Shown: positions 10,227 through 19,990, numbered from the stretch's first letter. The stretch is 64,000 bases of DNA from Rhodobacteraceae bacterium UBA1943 (GCA_002336845.1 DDEX01000035.1:2474-66473), one strand, 5' to 3'. Notes: a model not told the origin generated them from the sequence alone. Translations and numbers: made by a program.

Positions 10227-10253
10227 TCGCGCGGTCCCGAATGGCGTGGGTAT

Positions 10254-10298
10254 CCCGGCCAGTCGATGTTGACAGGCAGCCTGTCGGATTTGGCCGGG
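10254..10298 (+). terminator. Compound GC-rich hairpin downstream of the GNAT gene (candidate terminator)
   Basis: CCCGGCCA..(inner GACAGGC a GCCTGTC)..TGGCCGGG, followed a few nt later by CATTTTCC. Lies in a convergent gap. Confidence 0.4.
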
Positions 10299-10532
10299 AC
10301 CGGGCATTTTCCTTGTCGGGGCGCACAAGATGACCAGTAAGCTGCCGTCCATTACAGGCTCCGTTGCATTAGGTGCGGCGCATCGCGATCAGCCGACACG
10401 CGATCTGCAAATCATAGACCAGACGCAATACGAACGGGGCTTTCGACCTGATCGGTTCCGGATCCCCCCGCCTTCATGCGAGCCGCCCGTTTGACCGGCA
10501 GCAAGAATTCATCCCGCAAGTCTGCTGACGGC

Positions 10533-11381
10533 TCAGCAATAGCGGCGGAAGCGGTCCACTATCACGTCCAGAACCTCGTTGGGGTCACGTTTCCACCAGT
10601 CTTCCGCCGAGAATATTTCGACTTCGCACAGTCCGGCGTAGCCGGCTCTGTCCTCGACCGCGCGACGTATCGCGAGCAGGTCGGCCACTCCGTCGCCCAT
10701 CATCCCTCGATCGAGCAGCATGTGCGATGTGTCTTCGAGCCAGTCGCACAAGTGATAACCCAGTACCCTGCCACGCGCGGCAGAGAGAGAGGCCGCAAGC
10801 CGGGTATCCCACCAGACATGATAGACATCGACCGCAATCCCCACATTCGGTGCCGCGATCGTGTGGCACAGCTCCAGCGCCTCGGCCACGGTGAAGAGGC
10901 AGGTCCTGTTGCCACCGAACATCGGGTTTAGCGGTTCCAGTGCCAGCGAAACACCTCGGTCTGCCGCAAAGGGGGCAAGTGCCGCCACACGGTCGGTCAG
11001 ACGCTTCTGCGTTTCGGCCAGACCCTTGCGCCCCGGATCGGTTCCGCCTGTCACGATTGTCAGGACCTTCGCCCCAAGATCCGCTGCCATGTCGATGCTT
11101 GCACGCGCGCCATCGTCCTGGTCAGGCGCATCGCGACCCACCAGATAGGGCGTCCGGCACAAGCCCACGACCTGCATTCCCGCCGCGCGCACCCGATTGC
11201 CGATCTCGATGGCACGCTTGCCGATCTCGCGCCGCCAAAACACGATTCCGCCGTAACCACGCGCCGCGCAGGCGTCGATTACACGTTCAGGCGACCACCC
11301 GGCCCCGGCCCCGTCCAAGTTGTGGCCCAAGCTTGCAGTGTTCAGGGCCAGGGCCGAGTGGTCATTCGTGAAGTCCCTCAC
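10533..11381 (-). CDS. Sugar phosphate isomerase/epimerase (xylose isomerase-like TIM barrel)
   Basis: Typical AP-endonuclease-2/TIM-barrel pattern (..LALEPLNP.., ..GIAVDVYHVWWD.., ..GYHLCDW..). Last gene of the ACAD-SDR-DUF993 operon. Confidence 0.8.
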   Translation of the reverse strand: MRDFTNDHSALALNTASLGHNLDGAGAGWSPERVIDACAARGYGGIVFWRREIGKRAIEIGNRVRAAGMQVVGLCRTPYLVGRDAPDQDDGARASIDMAADLGAKVLTIVTGGTDPGRKGLAETQKRLTDRVAALAPFAADRGVSLALEPLNPMFGGNRTCLFTVAEALELCHTIAAPNVGIAVDVYHVWWDTRLAASLSAARGRVLGYHLCDWLEDTSHMLLDRGMMGDGVADLLAIRRAVEDRAGYAGLCEVEIFSAEDWWKRDPNEVLDVIVDRFRRYC

Positions 11382-11382
11382 A

Positions 11383-12537
11383 TCACGCCCCGTAAAGCGC
11401 GAGAAGGTTCTTCATCCGGGTCACCGCAATGTCGGGATCGCGCAGAAGGCCGCAGCCATCGGCAAGGCGAAACACTTCGGTGAAATAGGGCAAGGGACGC
11501 ATCGCCTGCGCACCGTTCAGCATGACGAAATGGTCCTGAAAGCCGTTCAGCCAGGCCAGAAACACTACGCCGGTCTTGTAGTACTGCGTCGGCGCCCTGA
11601 AGATGAGCCGCGCCAGAGGCACGGTTGGGTCCAGCGTGGCGCGGAAACCTGCCGTATCGCCCTGGCCCAAAAGGCCCACTGCATGGGCGGCAGCGGGAGC
11701 AAGGGGGTCGAAGATGCCAAGCAGCGCGTGGCTGAAACCCTGGTCATCCCCTTCGATCAGTTCGGGATAGTTGAAATCGTCGCCGGTGTACATGCGAACT
11801 CCCGCCGGCAGGCGGCGGCGCATCAGGATTTCCTTGTCCTTGTCGAGAAGGCTGATCTTGATTCCGTCCACTTTGGACTGATTGCGATGGATCACCTCGA
11901 GTGCCGTCTCCAACGCGTCTTCGAACCGGGGGCTGCCCCAATATCCGGCGAGTTGTGGGTCGAACATTTCACCCAGCCAGTGCAGGATCACCGGCTTGTC
12001 ACAGGCCGCAAGAACCCGGTCGTAAACCTTCAGGTAGTCTGCCGGCCCCTTGGCGACCCGCGCCAATGCCCGGCTGGCCATCAGGATAATACGGGCATCC
12101 AGCTTCTGGATCGCCTCGACCTGTTCAAGATAGGCGCGGATCACATCGTCGAGGCTGCGGGCATCTGCGGGATTCAGATGGTCAGTGCCGCAGCCGTTGG
12201 CGACAAGCGCGTCGGGCAGTTCTTCCCGCGTGCGGCGGATCAGGTCCAGCGCGCCGGTCCAGTCCAGTCCCATGCCTCGTTGCGCGGTGTCCATCGCCTC
12301 AGCGATGCCAAGGCCAAGCCCGTGCAGGTAGCGCCGGAAGGCCATGGTCTTTGCCCAATCCACTACGGCGCGGCCCGAGGGATCATTCGCCGTGAAAGGA
12401 TCGGCAACCACATGAGCGGCCGAATAGACGACGCGGGCCGCGCCACGCCCCAGCCGCCCGGAGGCAATCGGTGTTCCGGTCAGGCGATAGTCGGACATCC
12501 GGCCATCGGCATCGGGCAGGGCGATCTTCATGGCCAA
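11383..12537 (-). CDS. DUF993 family protein (DHDPS-like TIM barrel fold, function unknown)
   Basis: N-terminus MAMKIALPDADGRMSDYRLTG..VVYSAAHVVADPF and a 384-aa length match my recollection of DUF993. Only 1-nt spacer to the next gene. Confidence 0.6.
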   Translation of the reverse strand: MAMKIALPDADGRMSDYRLTGTPIASGRLGRGAARVVYSAAHVVADPFTANDPSGRAVVDWAKTMAFRRYLHGLGLGIAEAMDTAQRGMGLDWTGALDLIRRTREELPDALVANGCGTDHLNPADARSLDDVIRAYLEQVEAIQKLDARIILMASRALARVAKGPADYLKVYDRVLAACDKPVILHWLGEMFDPQLAGYWGSPRFEDALETALEVIHRNQSKVDGIKISLLDKDKEILMRRRLPAGVRMYTGDDFNYPELIEGDDQGFSHALLGIFDPLAPAAAHAVGLLGQGDTAGFRATLDPTVPLARLIFRAPTQYYKTGVVFLAWLNGFQDHFVMLNGAQAMRPLPYFTEVFRLADGCGLLRDPDIAVTRMKNLLALYGA

Positions 12538-12542
12538 TCCTT

Positions 12543-13304
12543 TCAGAAGCGTGGAACCAGAAGTCCGCCGTCAGCGGCGATCACCTGGCCCGTCGTGTAG
12601 GGAAGTCGCCCGGCGGCGAGCGTTGCAATGATCGTGCCCATGTCTTCGGGCGTGCCCACACGCGGCAGCAGGGTCAGCCCGGCCTCGGCCCGGGCGCGGT
12701 AGCTGTCGATGACCGCCGCCGTCATATCGGTGGCGATCAGGCCGGGCTGGACGTCGTAAACCTGGATGCCCTCGCGCGCGAGCCGAACCGCCCAGGTTTT
12801 CGAGGCCATCGCGGCGGCGGCCTTGGACATGGCGTATTCCGCGCGCGGCTCGGCCACGGCGGTGGCGTTCGACGAAGTGACGTTGACGATGGCATGGAAC
12901 ACCTTGCGTTCCCGCCCGATCACCCGGCGGGCGAAGGCTTGCGTCAGGAAGAACATCGCTTTGGCGTTCACCGCCTGACAGCGGTCATAACTGGCCTCGG
13001 TGACCTCCAGCGGGTCGCCACGCTGCATCACGCCGACGCCTGCATTGTTCACCAGGGTGGTCAGCGGGCCAAGCGCCGCCTCTATCCGCTCCAGCGTTCC
13101 GGCATGTGCAGACAGGTCGGCCACGTTCATCGGAACCGCAACAGCCTCAACCCCAAGCGCGCGGACCTTCTCGACCGCATCTGCAAGATCAGCATCGTCG
13201 GGCAAGCCGTTAAGCGCGACCGCAAAGCCTTCGCGGGCCAGCGCAAGCGCAGCGCCAAGCCCGATCCCGCGCGAGGCGCCAGTGACAAGAGCGACAGGCC
13301 TCAT
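12543..13304 (-). CDS. SDR family oxidoreductase (3-oxoacyl/3-hydroxyacyl reductase-like)
   Basis: TGASRGIG cofactor motif, NNAG, and the catalytic YAMSKAA (YxxxK). Confidence 0.88.
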   Translation of the reverse strand: MRPVALVTGASRGIGLGAALALAREGFAVALNGLPDDADLADAVEKVRALGVEAVAVPMNVADLSAHAGTLERIEAALGPLTTLVNNAGVGVMQRGDPLEVTEASYDRCQAVNAKAMFFLTQAFARRVIGRERKVFHAIVNVTSSNATAVAEPRAEYAMSKAAAAMASKTWAVRLAREGIQVYDVQPGLIATDMTAAVIDSYRARAEAGLTLLPRVGTPEDMGTIIATLAAGRLPYTTGQVIAADGGLLVPRF

Positions 13305-14443
13305 GCCCGCGCGCCTTTTTTCAACAGTTCGCGCGCAATGATCATCCGCTGGATCTGGTTCGTACCTTCATAGATCTGCGTGATCTTGGCGTCCCGATAG
13401 AGCCTTTCGACCTCGAAGCCGCGAATGTAACCCGAGCCACCAAAGACCTGCACCGCATCCGCCGTCCGGGCCACGGCCATGTCGCCAGCAAAGCACTTGG
13501 CGATGGAACAAGCCTTCGTCGCATCCTGGCCACGGTCGATTTTGGAGGCCGCCGACTGGACGAGCAGGCGCGCCGCCTCAATGTCTTTAGCCATGTCGGC
13601 CAGCAGCCACTGAACGCCCTGGAACTCGGCAACCGCCTTGCCGAACTGCTTGCGGGTCCCGGCGTATTCCACCGCTGCTTCCAGCCCGGCCTGGGCGATC
13701 CCGACGGCAAGCGAGGCTATGCCGACACGGCCCTTGTCCAGCACACTCATCATCATGTGGAAGCCGCGGCCAGCTTCGCCCAGCATCGCGTCGGGACCAA
13801 GCCGCACATCCGTAAAGGTCAGTGCCCCCACCTGGGAGGCGCGTTGGCCCATCTTGTGTTCCTTCGGGCCGCGCTCGACACCCTTTGCATGCAGATCGAC
13901 GATGAAAATCGACATGCCACGGTTGCCGGCCTCTTTGTCGGTCCGGGCCAGAACGAAGCCAAGGTCGGCGACGGGAGCGTTGTGAATCCAGATCTTGCCG
14001 CCGTTCAGCCGCCAGCCGGTGCCATCCCGTTCCGCCGTCGTACGGATGCCCGAGACATCGGTGCCAGCCTCGGGCTCTGTGATGCAATAGGCGACCTTCG
14101 CTTGCATCGCCAGGATCGGTGCCAAAAGTTTCTGCTGCGCTGCGGTTCCGTGCCGCACGAGGAGAGTCGAGATCAGTTCGACCAGTCCGCATTGGTCGGC
14201 GACCGAGGCATAGCCGCGCGACAGCTCCTCCATGACCACGGCATAGGTCAGTGTGTCGAAGCCGGGGCCACCCAGAGATTCCGGTACACCGATCCCGAAT
14301 AAGCCGAGCTTGGCCATGTCCTGGTAAAGTTCGGCGGGGAAGCGTTCGTCGCGGTCAAGCGCCTCTGCCATCGGGCGGATCACCTCGTCGGCGAAGCCGC
14401 GCGCCATGTCCCGAACCTGTTCCTGCATCTCGGTGAAAAGCAT
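13301..14443 (-). CDS. Acyl-CoA dehydrogenase
   Basis: 380 aa. Classic ACAD pattern (..AYCITEPEAGTD.., ..QVFGGSGYIRGFEVERLYRDAKITQIYEGTNQIQR..). Confidence 0.9.
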   Translation of the reverse strand: MLFTEMQEQVRDMARGFADEVIRPMAEALDRDERFPAELYQDMAKLGLFGIGVPESLGGPGFDTLTYAVVMEELSRGYASVADQCGLVELISTLLVRHGTAAQQKLLAPILAMQAKVAYCITEPEAGTDVSGIRTTAERDGTGWRLNGGKIWIHNAPVADLGFVLARTDKEAGNRGMSIFIVDLHAKGVERGPKEHKMGQRASQVGALTFTDVRLGPDAMLGEAGRGFHMMMSVLDKGRVGIASLAVGIAQAGLEAAVEYAGTRKQFGKAVAEFQGVQWLLADMAKDIEAARLLVQSAASKIDRGQDATKACSIAKCFAGDMAVARTADAVQVFGGSGYIRGFEVERLYRDAKITQIYEGTNQIQRMIIARELLKKGARA

Positions 14444-14457
14444 CTTTGCGCCCTTTA

Positions 14458-14473
14458 GTAACTATATGGTTAC
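14458..14473. promoter_or_regulatory. Island operator copy a: GTAACTATATGGTTAC
   Basis: Perfect GTAAC-N6-GTTAC palindrome 15 nt upstream of the ACAD start codon (minus strand). One of six related sites. Confidence 0.65.
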
Positions 14474-14550
14474 ATAATGGGGTGCTGTTCGCCGGTCAAG
14501 CGATTCCTCCGATCATTTCCCTTGCCAGACTCAGGGGCGGCTGACAGTAA

Positions 14551-14566
14551 TGCACTATATGGTTAC
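14551..14566. promoter_or_regulatory. Island operator copy b: TGCACTATATGGTTAC
   Basis: Shares ACTATATGGTTAC with copy a and AATGCACTA..TGGTTACTT with copy e. Lies 15 nt upstream of the AKR ATG at 14581. Confidence 0.55.
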
Positions 14567-14580
14567 TTATGGGGGGATGA

Positions 14581-15597
14581 ATGCTACCGACCGATCTTCG
14601 CACCTTTGGCCGCTCGGGACTGAAAGTCACCACTTTTGCCTTTGGCACCGCGCCGGTCGGCAACCTGTTCCGGCCAATTGACGACGCAACGTCCGACGCC
14701 ATGTTCCAGACCTCCTGGGATGCTGGGATCCGGTTCTACGACACAGCACCCATGTACGGCCACGGGCTGGCCGAACTGCGCACCAGCGAGAACCTTCGCT
14801 GGAAGCGGCGCGACGATTTTGTGCTGTCGTCAAAGGTCGGGCGGCGGCTGGTTCCGGCAAGGCGAGAGACGATCGATTTCACGCCCTGGACTCAGGGTGC
14901 CCCGTTCAAGATGGAGTTCGACTACACCTACGATGGCACGATGCGCGCCTTCGAGGACAGTCTGCAGCGACTGGCGCTGGAGCGGATGGACATCGTCTTC
15001 ATTCATGACATTGATGTTTTCACCCGCGGCAAGGACCAGCCCGAGGTTTTCAAGCAGGCGATGGACGGCTGCTACAAGGCGCTGGAGCGGCTGCGGAACG
15101 AAAAGGTGGTCACGGCCATCGGCGTGGGGGTCAACGAATGGGAGGTCTGCCACGAGGCGCTGAAGCAGCGTGATTTCGACTGCTTCCTGCTGGCGGGCCG
15201 CTACACCCTCTTGGAACAGGAGGCGCTGGATGCGTTCCTGCCGCTTTGTGAACAGCGCGGCGCGGCAGTGCTGGTTGGGGGCGGGTTCAACTCTGGCATT
15301 CTGGCGACAGGCGCGAAGCCCGGTGCGAAGTACAACTACGCCCCGGCGTCGGCCAGTATCATGGACAAGGTGGCGAAGATCGAAGCCGTCTGCGCCGAAT
15401 ATGGCGTTTCCCTTCCGGCGGCGGCGTTGCAGTTCGTCGTGGCCCACCCCGCCGTGCCGTCCTTCTGTGCTGGCACGCGGACGGTCGAGCAACTGAAGCA
15501 GAACCTTGCCTGGTTCAGCCAGCCGATTCCGGTTGAATTCTGGGCGGCGCTGAAATCCAGGGGCCTTCTGCGAGAGGATGCTCCGGTGCCGGTATGA
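14581..15597 (+). CDS. Aldo/keto reductase (aldose/L-fucose dehydrogenase-like)
   Basis: AKR pattern (FDTAPMYGHGLAE, ..DIVFIHD..), 338 aa. Confidence 0.85.
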   Translation: MLPTDLRTFGRSGLKVTTFAFGTAPVGNLFRPIDDATSDAMFQTSWDAGIRFYDTAPMYGHGLAELRTSENLRWKRRDDFVLSSKVGRRLVPARRETIDFTPWTQGAPFKMEFDYTYDGTMRAFEDSLQRLALERMDIVFIHDIDVFTRGKDQPEVFKQAMDGCYKALERLRNEKVVTAIGVGVNEWEVCHEALKQRDFDCFLLAGRYTLLEQEALDAFLPLCEQRGAAVLVGGGFNSGILATGAKPGAKYNYAPASASIMDKVAKIEAVCAEYGVSLPAAALQFVVAHPAVPSFCAGTRTVEQLKQNLAWFSQPIPVEFWAALKSRGLLREDAPVPV

Positions 15598-16046
15598 CCG
15601 GCCGGCTCCTGCCGGCTGGACTGCATGGCCATGCCAGCCTGAAGGCCGGTGACCGGATCGACACGGTCTCGACCCGGGTCACCGCCGAAACGATTGACCG
15701 CTTTGCAGACTTGTCCGGCGATCGCTTCGCCCTGCATATGGATGATGCGGCGGCACATGCGCTTGGCTTTCCCGCTCGCGTGGCGCACGGGCTTCTGGTT
15801 CTGTCGCTGATTGACGGGCTGAAGAACCAGGCGCTGGCGCGGCTGGATGCGGTGGCCTCGCTGGGTTGGGACATCCGGTTCAGCGCGCCGGTGTTCGTCG
15901 ATGATGAATTGCGGGCAACCTTTGCGGTGGAAACGCTTCGACCAGCCCGCGAAGGCCGTAGGATTGTGGTCTTTGCGGTAGAGGCCCGCAACCAGCGCGA
16001 CGAGATCGTCCAGCAGGGCCGAACCACACTGATGATGCGACCCTGA
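15594..16046 (+). CDS. MaoC-like (R)-specific enoyl-CoA hydratase/dehydratase
   Basis: Hot-dog fold motif (FADLSGDRFALHMDDAAA..GFPARVAHG). 4-nt overlap with the AKR gene. Confidence 0.8.
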   Translation: MTGRLLPAGLHGHASLKAGDRIDTVSTRVTAETIDRFADLSGDRFALHMDDAAAHALGFPARVAHGLLVLSLIDGLKNQALARLDAVASLGWDIRFSAPVFVDDELRATFAVETLRPAREGRRIVVFAVEARNQRDEIVQQGRTTLMMRP

Positions 16047-16048
16047 CG

Positions 16049-17308
16049 CTAGCGCAGCAGGATCGCGCGGAAGTCGTTGACGTTGGTCCCGGTCGGTCCG
16101 GGCGCGAAAAGGTCGCCCAAGGCAGAAAAGGCGCTGTAGGCGTCGTTGCCCGAGAGGAAGGCCGCCGGGTCGTGTCCCAGCGCCCGTAAACGGGTGGCGG
16201 TGGTGCCGGTCGCGAAGGCCCCTGCGTTGTCCTCGGACCCGTCGATGCCATCGGTATCGGCGGCAAGAGCGGCGAAGGGCAGGCCCTCGGCGGCGAGAGC
16301 GGTCGCCAACAGAAATTCGCTGTTGCGTCCACCCCTGCCCTTGGCGCGCAGGGTCACGGTGGTTTCCCCGCCCGAAAGCAACACCACGGGGCGGGTGAAG
16401 GGCCGGGCGCGCAGAATAACCTCGCGTGCGATGGCGGCGTGGACACGGCCGACATCGCGGGCTTCACCCTCGATAGCATCGGACAGGATCACGGCGGGGA
16501 CACCCTGCACCTGGGCAGCCCTGGCCGCGGCTTCCAGTGACAGGCGGGCCGATGCAATGACTTTCACCTCGTGACCGGCAAAGACGGGATCGCCAGGGTT
16601 GGGGGCCTGCCCCTGATCCCCGTCCAGCCACTGTGCCACGTTCGGGGGCAACTCGATGCGCCAGCCGGCCACCATCGCACGGGCTTCTGCACGGCTGACC
16701 GCATCTGGCACCGTGGGGCCGCTGGCCACCTGCGCCGGATCGTCGCCCGGCACGTCCGACACGACCAGAGATACCACTTTTGCCGGATGACACGCAGCGG
16801 CCAGACGTCCGCCCTTGATACCCGACACCTGTTTGCGGACAGCGTTCATCACCGATATCGGCGCACCCGAAGCCAGCAAAGCCCGGTTCAGCGCCGCCTC
16901 GTCGTCAAGCGTCAGGTCGCCGGGCGGACAGGGCAGTAGCGCCGATCCGCCGCCGCAGATCAGCGCCACCACCAAATCATTCGGACCCAGACCGCGGACC
17001 GCATCGAAAAGGGCCTCCGAAGCCCGCAGGCCTGCCGCGTCCGGAACCGGATGCGCGGCCTCAAGAACCCGGATCCGCCGCGTGGCGCAGCCATAGCCGT
17101 AGCGGGTGACGACCACGCCGTCCAGCGGGCCATCCCACAGCGCCTCGAACGCCGCCGCGAGTTGCGCGGCACCCTTGCCGGCGCCGATCACCACCGTGCG
17201 CCCAGGCGGCCTGGGTGGCAGATGCGCCGCAAGGGCCATCGCCGGATCAGCCGCCTGCACGGCCGCCTCGAACAGCCCCGCCAGAAAGTTTCGGTCCTCC
17301 GGGCTCAA
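16049..17308 (-). CDS. Glycerate 2-kinase / hydroxypyruvate reductase-like (DUF4147 + MOFRL)
   Basis: 419 aa. The MOFRL-type C-terminus (..GGETTVT..GRGGRNSEF.., ..TDGIDG.., GPTGTNVNDF) is characteristic of TtuD-type glycerate kinases. Confidence 0.8.
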   Translation of the reverse strand: MSPEDRNFLAGLFEAAVQAADPAMALAAHLPPRPPGRTVVIGAGKGAAQLAAAFEALWDGPLDGVVVTRYGYGCATRRIRVLEAAHPVPDAAGLRASEALFDAVRGLGPNDLVVALICGGGSALLPCPPGDLTLDDEAALNRALLASGAPISVMNAVRKQVSGIKGGRLAAACHPAKVVSLVVSDVPGDDPAQVASGPTVPDAVSRAEARAMVAGWRIELPPNVAQWLDGDQGQAPNPGDPVFAGHEVKVIASARLSLEAAARAAQVQGVPAVILSDAIEGEARDVGRVHAAIAREVILRARPFTRPVVLLSGGETTVTLRAKGRGGRNSEFLLATALAAEGLPFAALAADTDGIDGSEDNAGAFATGTTATRLRALGHDPAAFLSGNDAYSAFSALGDLFAPGPTGTNVNDFRAILLR

Positions 17309-17616
17309 AGCGCGACATCCGCCACGAAGACGCCGTCGATCCCGCCTTCCAGTTCGGCAACGATGCGTGCGCCAATCGCCTTGTGTACGGGGTCGTCAAG
17401 GTAGGCGTCCCGCACCCCGGCGTCCCGGAAGTCGAACCAGAAGACATCGTTGAAGCCCCGTACCAGCGGCGTTTCGACCGAAACATTGTCGAAATGCCGG
17501 AAGTCGAGAATGCCCTCGATATGCCCTTTCAGTGCGGCGAGATCCCGGTAAAGCTCGGCCTTGGATTCCGCCGTGGTCCCGGCGCGGAAATGCAGTGCAA
17601 CGATGTGGCGGATCAT
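17305..17616 (-). CDS. Dabb (stress-responsive alpha/beta-barrel) domain protein
   Basis: Start trimmed to MIRHIVALHFRAG.. (103 aa), 1 nt after the hydratase stop. Typical Dabb length and pattern (..AYLDDPVHKA..). Confidence 0.7.
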   Translation of the reverse strand: MIRHIVALHFRAGTTAESKAELYRDLAALKGHIEGILDFRHFDNVSVETPLVRGFNDVFWFDFRDAGVRDAYLDDPVHKAIGARIVAELEGGIDGVFVADVAL

Positions 17617-17617
17617 T

Positions 17618-18394
17618 TTAATCCCTTCCGAATTCGGGTTTGCGCTTGCCCCGATAGGCGGCAAGTCCTTCGGCCAGATCGGGAGAGGCGGCGGCAATGG
17701 TTCCTGCCAGCGCCTCGATCACCCGTTCGCGTTCCTCACCCTCGGCTGCGTTGATAAGCATCTTGGTCAATTCGCTGGCGCGGGGCGAGCGGGCACGAAG
17801 CCGGTCCACCACCTGTTCGGCGGTCGAAAGCCCGTCACCCTGTGGCACGACCTGATCGACGACACCGAGCGAGCATGCCTGTTCGGCGCTCAGAACCTCG
17901 CCCATCAACGCCATCCGGCGGACGATCTGCGCCCCGAAACGGCGGACGGTCCGCTGGGTGCCGGACCAGCCGGGAATGATCCCGAGGCCGGTTTCAGGCA
18001 GACCGATCTTCACATGCGCTTCGGCAATCCGCAGATCGGCGCAGGCTGCCAGTTCCAGCCCGCCACCCAGGCAATGGCCGTTCAGGACAGCAATCACCGG
18101 AGCGTTCAACCTGGTCAGCGCGTCAAAGGCGAGGTGGCCATCCCGCAGCCAGCGGCGCCCGAATTCGTCGGGCGAAAGTGCAGACCAACTTGTAATATCC
18201 CCGCCAGCGCAAAATGACTTGCCGCCTTCCCCGGTCAGGATCACGGCAAAGACATGCGCGCGTTCGATCTGGCGGCAGAGAGAAAGCAGCGCGTCAACCA
18301 TGTCAGCGTCCAGCGCGTTCTGCTTTTCCGCCCTGCGGATTGTCAGGCGCGCCACGCCATCGGAAATGGCCAAGTCAAGCCTGGGGTCCGTCAC
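17618..18394 (-). CDS. Enoyl-CoA hydratase/isomerase (crotonase family)
   Basis: ILTGEGGKSFCAGGDI oxyanion-hole motif; 258 aa. Confidence 0.88.
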   Translation of the reverse strand: MTDPRLDLAISDGVARLTIRRAEKQNALDADMVDALLSLCRQIERAHVFAVILTGEGGKSFCAGGDITSWSALSPDEFGRRWLRDGHLAFDALTRLNAPVIAVLNGHCLGGGLELAACADLRIAEAHVKIGLPETGLGIIPGWSGTQRTVRRFGAQIVRRMALMGEVLSAEQACSLGVVDQVVPQGDGLSTAEQVVDRLRARSPRASELTKMLINAAEGEERERVIEALAGTIAAASPDLAEGLAAYRGKRKPEFGRD

Positions 18395-19962
18395 AGCGCA
18401 AGGCCCATGGGGCCGGGCTGGAACAGCCGCGTATCCATCAGTTTCAAGTCGCTGGCAACGGCCAGTGGCGTTGCGGCCTGGTCCAGCACGTCGCGCTTCA
18501 GGTCCAGGCCGGGGGCGATTTCGGTAACCATCAGGCCGTCTTCGACAAGCCGCATCACGCAGCGTTCGGTGACGTAGGTGATGTCCTGCCCCTGCATCCG
18601 CGCCCGCTTGCCCGAAAAGCTGACCTGATCGACCTTGGCTACGATCTTGGCGATCTTGCCTTCCTTGTCGATCATCAATCGCTCGTCTTCAAGGCGCATC
18701 TTCGCCCCGGCGTTGAAGTTGCCCGAGAAAACGATCTTGCGCGCGCGCGCGGTGATATCGACAAATCCTCCGGCCCCGGCGGTGCGGTGTGGGGTGGCTG
18801 ACAAACGGCTGACGTTGACCGAGCCTTCGGCGTCGATTTCCAGGAACGACAACAGCGAACAGTCGAAGCCCCCGGCCTGAAAGTAGATGAACTGGTGTGG
18901 AGAGGCGACAAAGGCCTCGGCGTTCGAGGCGCAGCCGAACTTGAAATCCAGCAAGGGAACGCCACCGACCGGTCCCTGTTCGATGACCCAGGTGACCTTG
19001 CCGTGATGGCCTTCCTCGATCAGGATGCGGGGCACATTGGCCGAGATGCCGAAGCCGATGTTCACCGCCCAACCGGCTTGCATCTCCATAGCGACGCGAC
19101 GGGCGATGACCTTTCCTACATTGAATTCGGCCATGCGGAAGGTATGGAGAGGGCGGAACAACTCGCCCGAGATGGCCGGGTCATAGGCGGTCGCGGTGGT
19201 CTGCAACTGGTCCGGTGCCTCGACGATCACATCTACGAGGATGCCGGGAACACGGACATCATGTGGACGGAACGTACCCGTCGCCGCGATGCGCTTGACC
19301 TGGGCGATGACGATACCACCGGAATTGCGGGCCGAAAGGGCCATCTCCATCGCGCCAAGCGTGGCGCCTTCATGTTCAAAGGTAAGGTTGCCGTTCTCGT
19401 CCGACGTTGTGGCGCGGATGATCGCGACATCCGGGTGCAGCGCTGGAAAATGCAGCCAGGTGTCGCCGCCGAACTGGACCCGCTTTACCAGGGGCAGGGC
19501 GCGCGCGCTTGCGTTCATGGCGCAGCCTTCGTTGTCAGGATCAACGAAGGTTTCCATGCCGACCTTGGTCAGGACGCCAGGTCGTTTGGCAGCCCCCTCA
19601 CGCAGCATGTCGAAGATGATGCCGGATGGCACATTCCAGGCTGCCACGTCTTCGGCAAGGATTCGTTGCCAGATCAGCGGCGGATCTGCGTTGGTTGGAC
19701 CCGAGGGGTACGATCCGCCCAGAATGCGCGTGATCATCCCCTTGTGGGCGATATGGTCAACCCCCTTGGTTCCGAACATGTCTCCTGCGGCGATCGGGTG
19801 GATCGTTGTCAGCCCGCGCGGCGCGCCTTCTTCCAGGAAACGCTGCCCCAGCGCCTTGAGCACAGCGTCAGGGCAAAGCAGGCCCGAGGACGCGTTTACC
19901 GCAACCATCGCCCCGTCCTTGACTAGGCGCGCGGCCTCGGCGGCAGACTTCACTTTGGACAC
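18391..19962 (-). CDS. Acyl-CoA:acetate/3-ketoacid CoA-transferase (fused alpha-beta, YdiF-like)
   Basis: 523-aa single-chain family-I CoA transferase. Region around the catalytic Glu: WVIEQGPVGGVP. Confidence 0.82.
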   Translation of the reverse strand: MSKVKSAAEAARLVKDGAMVAVNASSGLLCPDAVLKALGQRFLEEGAPRGLTTIHPIAAGDMFGTKGVDHIAHKGMITRILGGSYPSGPTNADPPLIWQRILAEDVAAWNVPSGIIFDMLREGAAKRPGVLTKVGMETFVDPDNEGCAMNASARALPLVKRVQFGGDTWLHFPALHPDVAIIRATTSDENGNLTFEHEGATLGAMEMALSARNSGGIVIAQVKRIAATGTFRPHDVRVPGILVDVIVEAPDQLQTTATAYDPAISGELFRPLHTFRMAEFNVGKVIARRVAMEMQAGWAVNIGFGISANVPRILIEEGHHGKVTWVIEQGPVGGVPLLDFKFGCASNAEAFVASPHQFIYFQAGGFDCSLLSFLEIDAEGSVNVSRLSATPHRTAGAGGFVDITARARKIVFSGNFNAGAKMRLEDERLMIDKEGKIAKIVAKVDQVSFSGKRARMQGQDITYVTERCVMRLVEDGLMVTEIAPGLDLKRDVLDQAATPLAVASDLKLMDTRLFQPGPMGLAL

Positions 19963-19990
19963 AGGCAGTCTCCTTCCCGGTTGGCTTTAA

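Noticed and set aside
10454-10465. GGTTCCGGATCC, examined as a possible tRNA T-arm in the 300-bp convergent gap.
   Set aside because: It does not fit the GTTC(R)ANNC T-loop consensus, and no acceptor or anticodon stems can be built around it.
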